52,757 bases of DNA from Escherichia phage vB_EcoM_SD350: sequence record OR911937.1, one strand, 5' to 3'. Positions 45,778-52,757 of the stretch are shown in pieces; the first letter of the stretch is position 1; each line of letters begins with the position of its first letter. Under the pieces are notes generated by a model. The model was given only the letters and a program-made list of their open reading frames with translations. It was not told the origin of the DNA and ran no database searches. Position numbers and translations under genes: made by a program.

Positions 45778-46224
45778 CTATTTTACACTAACAGCTTGAC
45801 ACGATAGCCGTGACAAACCGAGGTTGGCTATGACACCATCGAGCAATACTCCTGCATGTTCTTCGTTGTATGCTTCTACCCACAAAGGGATGGTGACGCC
45901 CTTCAGATGGTCGCTGTACACGTTGAACCTATATACCTGTTTGTGTGCTTTGTCAACACGTACAACAGTAAGGTTACCATCTTCGTAAGGAGGAAGCTCA
46001 ACGCCTTTCTTGCTCCAGAAGTTACGGAACTCAGCACTATTAACAATGCCGTGCACAACACGTTCTGTAAGTTCTGTTTTGAGGTCTGCACGTGCCTTTG
46101 TACTGATAAAGAAACGACAAGAGAAGAAAGCATTGACGTTTATCACATCAACCGCATACACAACGTTATGCTCTTCAGTAGTTGGTGCTTTATAAACAAT
46201 GTATTTAGTTTTGAACAGGTCCAT
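45778..46224 (-). CDS. hypothetical protein
   Basis: Start set at MDLFK (GGAGAG upstream); 148 aa. Confidence 0.45.
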   Translation of the reverse strand: MDLFKTKYIVYKAPTTEEHNVVYAVDVINVNAFFSCRFFISTKARADLKTELTERVVHGIVNSAEFRNFWSKKGVELPPYEDGNLTVVRVDKAHKQVYRFNVYSDHLKGVTIPLWVEAYNEEHAGVLLDGVIANLGLSRLSCQAVSVK

Positions 46225-46272
46225 AGTACTCTCCAGGGAGGAAGACTGGCGGGCTTGCACCCGCCTAAGTTA

Positions 46273-47178
46273 TTACAGCAGTTCTGCTTTCAGCGCAGCG
46301 ATACCATCGAGCAATGCTTTGATGTCCGGGTTAGATGCCGCCAGGTCAGCAACAACTGTCTGACGACGACGTTCCAGTTCTTTCTCAACTTCCAGGTCGA
46401 GGCGTGCTGACGCTTCACGCAGTAAGTCTTCAACCTGCTGACGACGCTGATACTTGTTAAAGTCAGGCACATCAACCAGCCATTTGAGAGTTGCAGTGTT
46501 GTAGCCAGAAGTGTTTGCTGCACTTACAGACACAACATCAACGAGCTTGGTACCGTTCAGCTCCGGATAGTTAACATTGCGAACGTCAACAACCGCTTTG
46601 TCACCTACACTTACTTTGCCGATGTACTTGTAAGTGTACACACGACCATTCGGTTCAAACTTAACACCAACAAACTTCAGTTTGTCGTCTGCAATAACCT
46701 CTTCCTCAACTTTGAAGTTGATTGCAGTGTTCTTGACAGGTGCAGCCGCTTTGAGCTTAGCGACCATGTACTGTTCTGAATGAGACGGACGGCACAGACG
46801 GAAGACGTCCTCATTGTAGGTCAGCCAGTTACCGGTCTCATCCACGCATGCAATCTGATTAGTGCCATCCAGTGAACGAACACCCGGGCGATTCTTCTCA
46901 ACACGATACAGCTTACCTTCTTTCAGGTTAGCGTAAGAACGGCGGGCGATACCCCAGTTGTGTTTTTCAGATTCGTACTTAGCGAAACGATCAACGCTGA
47001 AGTTCTGCTTCAGACCACGGTCGTCGATTACCCATAAGTTATCGTAAGCCCCGCCGAAAGAACCTAGGTTGGCATACACTTTGCCCTGCGTCAACAGGGA
47101 AGTGTTTCCCTCGTCAACACAGATAACAAAACCCAGAGCTTCGTGTGCTTTACCGCTGCGGTCAAATACTGTAGTCAT
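46273..47178 (-). CDS. hypothetical protein (301 aa)
   Basis: Long ORF, beta-rich internal repeats, coiled-coil C-terminus; no motif assigned. Confidence 0.55.
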   Translation of the reverse strand: MTTVFDRSGKAHEALGFVICVDEGNTSLLTQGKVYANLGSFGGAYDNLWVIDDRGLKQNFSVDRFAKYESEKHNWGIARRSYANLKEGKLYRVEKNRPGVRSLDGTNQIACVDETGNWLTYNEDVFRLCRPSHSEQYMVAKLKAAAPVKNTAINFKVEEEVIADDKLKFVGVKFEPNGRVYTYKYIGKVSVGDKAVVDVRNVNYPELNGTKLVDVVSVSAANTSGYNTATLKWLVDVPDFNKYQRRQQVEDLLREASARLDLEVEKELERRRQTVVADLAASNPDIKALLDGIAALKAELL

Positions 47179-47292
47179 TTCTTGTTTCCTTGTATACCAG
47201 TTTAATTGTATGCCAGAGTTATTCCCTGCGCATGTGCTTTATTGCTTAACCGTTAAAGACATTATATCATTAGTGAGTGATGACGTACACAT

Positions 47293-47583
47293 TTATTTTA
47301 AGGCAGAAGTGCAAATAGCATCACACAAACAATAATGAGCACGGTCGTAGTCTTCAAACAAGAACACTTCGCCATTGGCGACAACTTCATTACTGTTGAC
47401 CTGCAGGCTAATACCTGAATGCAGAAGCACATCCATAGCCTGGTCCTTGTTCTTGTACGGGTCCCAAATAAGCTGGAAGCCTGACCCGCAAAGGAGACAT
47501 CCCTTGAGCTCCGGAAGAGTTGACTCCTTCACAGTCACATTACAAATCTTAGCCAGTTTAGCACGAGAATCGAGAGTACTCAT
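47293..47583 (-). CDS. hypothetical Cys-rich small protein
   Basis: 96 aa with CLLC...C.C..C; stop overlaps the next gene's start. Confidence 0.4.
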   Translation of the reverse strand: MSTLDSRAKLAKICNVTVKESTLPELKGCLLCGSGFQLIWDPYKNKDQAMDVLLHSGISLQVNSNEVVANGEVFLFEDYDRAHYCLCDAICTSALK

Positions 47584-47870
47584 TTACGTTTACCTTTACG
47601 TTTGTGTAGCGGAGTATATGTTTTCTTTGGTACGCCAAACATGGCCGCATATGTACCGACTTCTTTCTTTGTTGGCTTATCCACAATCTCGTCAATCACG
47701 ATTAAGTCATGGTTGATATTGCGAAAGACTTCAGCCGCTCTTTTCTCAACAGGAGTAAAGTCAATAACCAGCTCTTTGCCTATCAGGCTTTCTTTGAACT
47801 TGTCAAACAGCCATTTGTCACGCGGACCAGGATTGCCCATAAACATAACACGCATCTGCTTATTGTCCAT
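47580..47870 (-). CDS. hypothetical small basic protein
   Basis: 96 aa, basic C-terminus (KRKGKRK). Confidence 0.4.
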   Translation of the reverse strand: MDNKQMRVMFMGNPGPRDKWLFDKFKESLIGKELVIDFTPVEKRAAEVFRNINHDLIVIDEIVDKPTKKEVGTYAAMFGVPKKTYTPLHKRKGKRK

Positions 47871-47938
47871 GGATGATATACCCCGTTATTTGTGTTGCCA
47901 GGTACAAACCGTATACCACACACCCAACAAGTATGGCA

Positions 47939-48280
47939 TCAAGAATCAGATGAGCTATCTTCACGTTTGACCTCCGGAAGTAATGAGTTATCAACCTTGA
48001 TCAGTACGTTACGGCTGTTAACCACTTCCAGGCTGGTGCCATCCTTTTTGTGGGTTACACGAATAAATGCAACACCCTCAGCCTGTGCCTGCTCAATAGC
48101 TTTATTCAGCACAACATTATCCTGTACCATATGACGTACGCGAGGAAGGATATTGCAAAGAGGTTCCATCTCGTCCATTCCTGCAGTACGCATGACGGAC
48201 TTGAGAATGCCAAGATGATGCTTGTAACGGTCTTCAAGATTATACTTCTTGCTGTTATCTGATGCCATGTAAGTCTCCAA
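47939..48280 (-). CDS. hypothetical protein
   Basis: 113 aa; preceded on the transcript by a GC hairpin (48287-48305) and GGAGAC ribosome-binding site. Confidence 0.45.
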   Translation of the reverse strand: METYMASDNSKKYNLEDRYKHHLGILKSVMRTAGMDEMEPLCNILPRVRHMVQDNVVLNKAIEQAQAEGVAFIRVTHKKDGTSLEVVNSRNVLIKVDNSLLPEVKREDSSSDS

Positions 48281-48312
48281 AAGTTAAGGGGCTTGTGCTA
48301 AGCCCCGTTTAA

Positions 48313-48762
48313 TTACTCGGCTTCTTCCGTAGCTGCCGGGGTGAATGTTACAGTCGGAATACCAGGCGAGGTCTTCACAACAGGGTCGACGATAGCCAGT
48401 TGTTCTGGTGTCAGGTTACGGTATGCAGTAACTGACATTTCATACTTGGTTTTAAACAGCTTGGCAACAACAGTCTTCGGTAACTTCTTCATTACGTCAG
48501 GCACAAGCTTCTGGTCTAGTGAGCGGTTAACCTTCTGCTCAACCTTGAGTTTACCAGGTACGCCATGCATGCTGAACTCAACCGTTTGTGTACCTTCTTT
48601 ACCACGATTGATAATCATGTCACGTTCAAGACGTGCTTTAATGGTCCGGCGCAACGTCTCCTGGTCAGCTTTCGCTTGTGCCATCCAGCGGTTCAGATTC
48701 GCCAGCTTGTCGTACAGCTGTTCCGTATCCATCGATTCCAGTTCTTGTGGGTTCAATGCCAT
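48313..48762 (-). CDS. hypothetical protein
   Basis: Start set at MALNP (GAGGAA upstream); promoter-like motif 48865-48897 lies upstream. Confidence 0.45.
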   Translation of the reverse strand: MALNPQELESMDTEQLYDKLANLNRWMAQAKADQETLRRTIKARLERDMIINRGKEGTQTVEFSMHGVPGKLKVEQKVNRSLDQKLVPDVMKKLPKTVVAKLFKTKYEMSVTAYRNLTPEQLAIVDPVVKTSPGIPTVTFTPAATEEAE

Positions 48763-49033
48763 CAGTTGTTTCCTCAGGTTGCATGTGCATAGTTGCACCT
48801 ATTAGTAGACAATAGTTATTGAACATTGTACGTAGTGCCTGGCCCGCAACAATATCCGTTATGTCTATTATACCACTTTTAGTGGTGACGCGTAAAGCTT
48901 TTTCTTTCTTTGTTTTCTCCACAAATGCAATGCTGATGATTTCTTCCGCATGAATTACGTGGATGGTACCTGCAAACTCACCAGTCTTAGCTGGTGCCTG
49001 GTACACTAACGACATAGACGGTTGGTTACTCAC
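48665..49033 (-). CDS. alternative overlapping ORF (uncertain)
   Basis: 122-aa ORF with GTG start and GGAG 7 nt upstream, but overlaps 48313-48762 by ~100 nt and contains the promoter-like motif. Confidence 0.3.
   Translation of the reverse strand: MSNQPSMSLVYQAPAKTGEFAGTIHVIHAEEIISIAFVEKTKKEKALRVTTKSGIIDITDIVAGQALRTMFNNYCLLIGATMHMQPEETTDGIEPTRTGIDGYGTAVRQAGESEPLDGTSES
48865..48897 (-). promoter_or_regulatory. leftward promoter candidate (TTTACG-N18-TATAAT with CCAC/GTGG inverted repeat)
   Basis: Minus strand reads GCTTTACGCGTCACCACTAAAAGTGGTATAAT. Confidence 0.4.
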
Positions 49034-49043
49034 TTAATTACTC

Positions 49044-49481
49044 CTATTTATATAAGTCCATCCAGTTACGATACTCGTCATAAAACCGGTCAAACTCGTT
49101 TTTGGTGAGTGCAATAGCAACACCATTTACCAGATGCATGGTTCGTGTTTTGATGTTGACATACATGACGTTGCTGTACGGGAACAAGCTACCGTCATTG
49201 TCAGTGAAGTAAGTCGGTGTGATATGAAGCGCATCACGCAATGCAACCAGTGATTCAACAGCTTCAGCGTGCCATTCACGTCTGAAGGTCATGCAAGGCG
49301 GTACACCGTCTTCGTCCTGGGTACCGCGCAAAGTAAGATATACAATTTCGGCAGTATCATTGTGTACAATTACGCTAATGTCAACGATGTCGCTGGTACG
49401 AAAGGTAACAAAGTGCTCTTCAATTACTTGTTCGTCGGTATTAGGACTGACGCCCTGAAAGGTCTTGAGTGTGTGAAACAT
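49044..49481 (-). CDS. hypothetical protein
   Basis: Start set at MFHTLK (AAGGAG 9 nt upstream); the track's N-terminal 28 aa read like translated AT-rich promoter DNA. Confidence 0.45.
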   Translation of the reverse strand: MFHTLKTFQGVSPNTDEQVIEEHFVTFRTSDIVDISVIVHNDTAEIVYLTLRGTQDEDGVPPCMTFRREWHAEAVESLVALRDALHITPTYFTDNDGSLFPYSNVMYVNIKTRTMHLVNGVAIALTKNEFDRFYDEYRNWMDLYK

Positions 49482-49574
49482 TGGTTGTATCTCCTTAACA
49501 GAATGTAAGTCTATTATGTATATAAAGGAGGGGAAAGTAAATAGATATAAATGTATAAAATACATAAAAGTCTA

Positions 49575-49604
49575 TTTACTCTGGTTTAATAACGTGTATA
49601 TAAT
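49575..49604 (+). promoter_or_regulatory. promoter candidate for the right-end rightward genes
   Basis: TTTACT 49575-49580, ~18-nt spacer, TATAAT 49599-49604; AGGAGAG ribosome-binding site before ATG 49635. Confidence 0.4.
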
Positions 49605-49634
49605 GAGAGCCTCACAAACAAGAGGAGAGACTCA

Positions 49635-49967
49635 ATGATAAAGCCAAAACTGTTGCGGCATATTCGCAACGGTATTAAGCTACTCGCCGAAGGCAATGAA
49701 TATGCCTGCAAGCAACGCGGTATTACAAAAGTCGGCCTGTTCAATAAAGAGTTACCGACTCGCTACTTTACCAAATCACCATTAACACTCGTACCTGCAG
49801 CGGAGTATTATAAAGACCCCGAAGCAGCCCGGGCTAAAATCAAGGAAGGTCTTGACCGACTTGTAGAGGAAGGCTATTTGACAGTACGTCAACACACTGA
49901 ATCATCTTATTACTACAAGCCAACTTCTAAGGTAACCAGCAATGACAATGACGAGTCAGCCGAGTGA
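49635..49967 (+). CDS. hypothetical protein
   Basis: 110-aa ORF coupled to the downstream primase-like gene. Confidence 0.45.
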   Translation: MIKPKLLRHIRNGIKLLAEGNEYACKQRGITKVGLFNKELPTRYFTKSPLTLVPAAEYYKDPEAARAKIKEGLDRLVEEGYLTVRQHTESSYYYKPTSKVTSNDNDESAE

Positions 49968-52476
49968 TATTCTCGGTCTGAAATACTTTAAGCCAGAAGG
50001 GATTCCCCAAGTCTTCAAAGATATGAAGCGCTGGGCTATCTTTGAGCTAACGTACGAAGACGAGACTCTTGAAGTTCAATCCAAACCGAAAAAACCTGCA
50101 AGAGCGCCATCAGGCCGTTCCTTCAGCACAACTGTGCCTGAAGAGTGGATGACTTTCGACGACGCCCTGACACGTTGTATTCGCAATCGTGAAATGAAGA
50201 TTAAAGCTGTACAGGGTAACATCACCTTTGTGCCGGCTTTGATTGTTCCTCGCCAGTGGTACTTTGTTGACCTGGACAACCATGATGATAATCCAGACAT
50301 TGAAGCAACCCACAAAGCGATAATTGAGGGGACCCGTGGTGCTTATGCCGAGACGTCAATCTCTGGCAAAGGGCAACACATTGCAATCCCTTTACCCTGG
50401 ACTGCAGCAACGTCTAAAGAGAAAGACGAACAGCTGGACATCAAAATCCAGAAGGCTGAGATGTTCCTGGTAATGACAGGCAATGTATTGAGTGAGTTCA
50501 ATGCTAATCCTGTTTCAGCCCGTGAGTGGCATGCGGCAATTGAGAAGTTCTTTCTTGAAGCAAGCGCGCCTGATATTGATGTTGAGTTTGAACAAGACGA
50601 AGACCGTGGCGAAGAGTATGACAAAGAGCTGTACGAACAGTTAGCCGACAATACTCGCTGGGCTTTAGAGCACTATCTGAATGAGCATGCACCAGACGGT
50701 GTTGGTGTGAGTAATGACGGTTCAGAACGGTTAAGCCGCATACTCAAAGACTTGCTTCGTGTAACCCGTAACTATGAAGTTACACAACGCATCTTCATGG
50801 CCAGCAAAGCTGCAGCATACGAAGGTCGCAGACCAAGTCGACACAACTTGTCTGTTGATAAGTATCACCAGTGGTTCAGTCGTGTCGGTAAGACTGTGCT
50901 GAAAGAAATGCAACGTGACGGCTTATTCGTTAAAACCAAGTTTGCTCTTGACATCAACAAAGAGTTAGCCAAGAATTCAGGTGTCTCCCTGGCTGAGAAT
51001 GTTGAGTTCAAAGTCAACGACGATATTCTGCCTTCTGATGTATTCGTCAGAACGGCCCCGTCCGGGTTTAAACGGCTTATTGCTGAGATACAGGATAACA
51101 TATCTCCTGCTAACAGGGTTAACGACTATGCCATCGGCACAGCTCTTAACATCCTGAGCAACTGCGCTGGTCGCAAGTATGTTTGTCCAGTAGGCGGTCA
51201 TGCTAACTTCCTGGTAACCAACATCATTCTTGTGGGTGGTTCATCAATCGGTAAATCGTTGTATACTGAGATGTTCCCACAAATCCAGGCAAGCTTACCT
51301 GATACATCGCCTATCAGCCTTAACCGTATCCCAAGGGAACAGACTTTTGCAACCAGGACGTTTGCTGAACTGATGTCCAACCCGTCATACCATTCAGTCC
51401 AGTTGTTCTACCCTGAATTTGGTCTGGCTTTAGGTTCTGGCTTACGCATGAATCCTAATAACCCGGACAACTTTCAGAAAGCTCTGATGGACGCTTCAAC
51501 CAAGCGTAAGGTTGGCGGTATTCTGACAGGTATCAAACGTGCTAATGCTGACAATGATGTTAAGACAGTAAGCGAACCGTGTTACTCTATCCTGGGTGAC
51601 TCCACTCAAGAACTTATCCTTGACAACACCCGGAAGCAAGACTTCTCAAGTGGCTTTTTGCCCCGCTTCCTGTTCATCCCTAACTATGAACGAGCGGAGT
51701 TTGCCAAACCTGAGAAGGTAGGACGCCGACAGCAGATTCGCCGTACTCAATTCTCCAAAGAGCTGATTGAGAAGCTGGAAGCAATCGCTTATGTGAATGC
51801 TATCCCGCCTAACGGTAAACTAAGGCACGACCCGATTCCTATTTACGACGAATCGGACGACGATGACTTCCTGTATGAGTACCAGTGCAATATTAATGAC
51901 ATGCGCAAGTATTACAGGGACAACGAAGTAGCATCCGCCTTTGTGGGCCGAATGGGTGAGTATGTATTCAATATAGCAGCACTGATTGGATTACTCGACA
52001 ACTGGGATGCTCCTGTAATGACCAGGGACAACATTGAATGGGCTTACAAATATGTTCTTCGTTGTATAACCGCCTGGGTCAATAACACAAGCAGGATAGT
52101 CGCACCACCAACTACCAACGCCGAAGTAGTGGACGGCTTCCTCAAAGTCTACAGGGACATTTTGGCCCTTTACACCAAACGAGGATGGTCTGGCATTGTC
52201 AAGCATTATCCCGAAGGTGTTGTAAGAAGTATCCGGGAGGAGCACCTCCAGATGAATGGTTTAAGCATATATGCTATTCGTCAGTCTTTGAGCTGGTTTA
52301 AATCGAATTACGGTTTTAATATTACAGCTAATAACAAAGTCATTGACGGTATGTTACAGGATATGATTGACCAGGACTATTTAGCAGTACAAGTATATAA
52401 GCCCACAAGAGGCCGATCTGCTAACATTTACTGCCTGACAGAGCGAGGATATGACACTGCTAAGAAGTTAAAATAA
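49942..52476 (+). CDS. DNA primase (primase-polymerase-like N-terminal domain) fused to a P-loop NTPase domain
   Basis: 844 aa; N-terminal acidic YFVDLDNHDD (DxD-like) and GKGQHIAIP segments; central P-loop GGSSIGKS. Confidence 0.5.
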   Translation: MTMTSQPSDILGLKYFKPEGIPQVFKDMKRWAIFELTYEDETLEVQSKPKKPARAPSGRSFSTTVPEEWMTFDDALTRCIRNREMKIKAVQGNITFVPALIVPRQWYFVDLDNHDDNPDIEATHKAIIEGTRGAYAETSISGKGQHIAIPLPWTAATSKEKDEQLDIKIQKAEMFLVMTGNVLSEFNANPVSAREWHAAIEKFFLEASAPDIDVEFEQDEDRGEEYDKELYEQLADNTRWALEHYLNEHAPDGVGVSNDGSERLSRILKDLLRVTRNYEVTQRIFMASKAAAYEGRRPSRHNLSVDKYHQWFSRVGKTVLKEMQRDGLFVKTKFALDINKELAKNSGVSLAENVEFKVNDDILPSDVFVRTAPSGFKRLIAEIQDNISPANRVNDYAIGTALNILSNCAGRKYVCPVGGHANFLVTNIILVGGSSIGKSLYTEMFPQIQASLPDTSPISLNRIPREQTFATRTFAELMSNPSYHSVQLFYPEFGLALGSGLRMNPNNPDNFQKALMDASTKRKVGGILTGIKRANADNDVKTVSEPCYSILGDSTQELILDNTRKQDFSSGFLPRFLFIPNYERAEFAKPEKVGRRQQIRRTQFSKELIEKLEAIAYVNAIPPNGKLRHDPIPIYDESDDDDFLYEYQCNINDMRKYYRDNEVASAFVGRMGEYVFNIAALIGLLDNWDAPVMTRDNIEWAYKYVLRCITAWVNNTSRIVAPPTTNAEVVDGFLKVYRDILALYTKRGWSGIVKHYPEGVVRSIREEHLQMNGLSIYAIRQSLSWFKSNYGFNITANNKVIDGMLQDMIDQDYLAVQVYKPTRGRSANIYCLTERGYDTAKKLK

Positions 52477-52487
52477 GTAGGTAAATC

Positions 52488-52530
52488 AAGGGCTTGGGTA
52501 ATTGTAAAAATCCTAAGCCCTTATTTTTTA
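52488..52530 (+). terminator. rho-independent terminator after the primase gene
   Basis: AAGGGCTT (52488-52495) pairs with AAGCCCTT (52515-52522), then ATTTTTTAAG. Confidence 0.55.
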
Positions 52531-52629
52531 AGCTTATTTTACAAACTGATTAATATTTAAACTATAATTAAATATATGGACCCTAAGAGTATGATTTTAT
52601 TACTTTTTTACTAATCATAATATATGGCC

Positions 52630-52745
52630 TCGATAAATAAAAATAAAGGGGGTAATAAAGGGGATACAAGTACCGGATAAAGGGGGGTATATATTTATTT
52701 TATTATTATTATTATTATTATATATTATTAATTATATTAGAAGTA
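52630..52745. repeat. AT-rich right-end region with ATAAAGGGG iterons and (ATT)n microsatellite
   Basis: ATAAAGGGG(G) at 52643, 52655, 52677 (12- and 22-nt spacing); TTATTATTATTATTATTATT at ~52701-52720; CCGGAT at 52673 echoes CCGGAT at 54-59 and 99-104. Confidence 0.5.
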
Positions 52746-52757
52746 ATAAAAACAGCT

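Noticed and set aside
52695-52725. CRISPR-like or tandem repeat array at the right end
   Set aside because: It is a simple (ATT)n microsatellite with no repeat-spacer structure; no CRISPR array seen anywhere in the window.
1-52757. Lysogeny module (integrase, repressor, attachment site) or flanking bacterial genes
   Set aside because: No tyrosine or serine recombinase motifs, no repressor-like helix-turn-helix pair and no host housekeeping genes recognised; the window looks like a free, probably virulent, phage genome.

Overview
The window reads as a complete or near-complete genome (~52.8 kb) of a tailed dsDNA phage; no integrase or repressor was recognised, so it is probably virulent. All calls are from reading the sequence and ORF track by eye, with no database search; family assignments rest on motifs I recognise from memory. 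Layout: (1) a leftward block of small early ORFs (0.6-3.7 kb); (2) a noncoding divergent control region with an imperfect ~55-bp direct repeat (3.8-4.6 kb); (3) rightward early genes including a DHFR-like and a thymidylate-kinase-like protein (4.6-7.2 kb); (4) a ~26-kb rightward late block: terminase, portal, scaffold, capsid, connectors, a 985-aa ORF, Ig-like proteins, a contractile-tail-type module (sheath/tube candidates, chaperone with a -1 frameshift site, tape measure, baseplate V/W/J/I-like, fibre, two fibre-assembly paralogues) and a lysis cassette; (5) a ~16-kb leftward replication/recombination/nucleotide block (family-A DNA polymerase, thymidylate-synthase-family enzyme, MazG-like pyrophosphatase, SF2 helicase, RecB/Cas4-like nuclease, dCMP deaminase, Sak4-like ATPase); (6) a rightward primase/P-loop fusion gene at the right end. 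The most interesting signal is a predicted pyrimidine-modification pathway: the thymidylate-synthase homologue carries Asp where canonical enzymes have the uracil-selecting Asn, sits next to a MazG-like gene, and is accompanied by DHFR-, kinase- and deaminase-like genes, suggesting a 5-substituted cytosine in virion DNA. Second is a ~680-bp noncoding island inside the replication operon with a perfect 15-bp inverted repeat and a strong terminator, a candidate structured RNA or origin.
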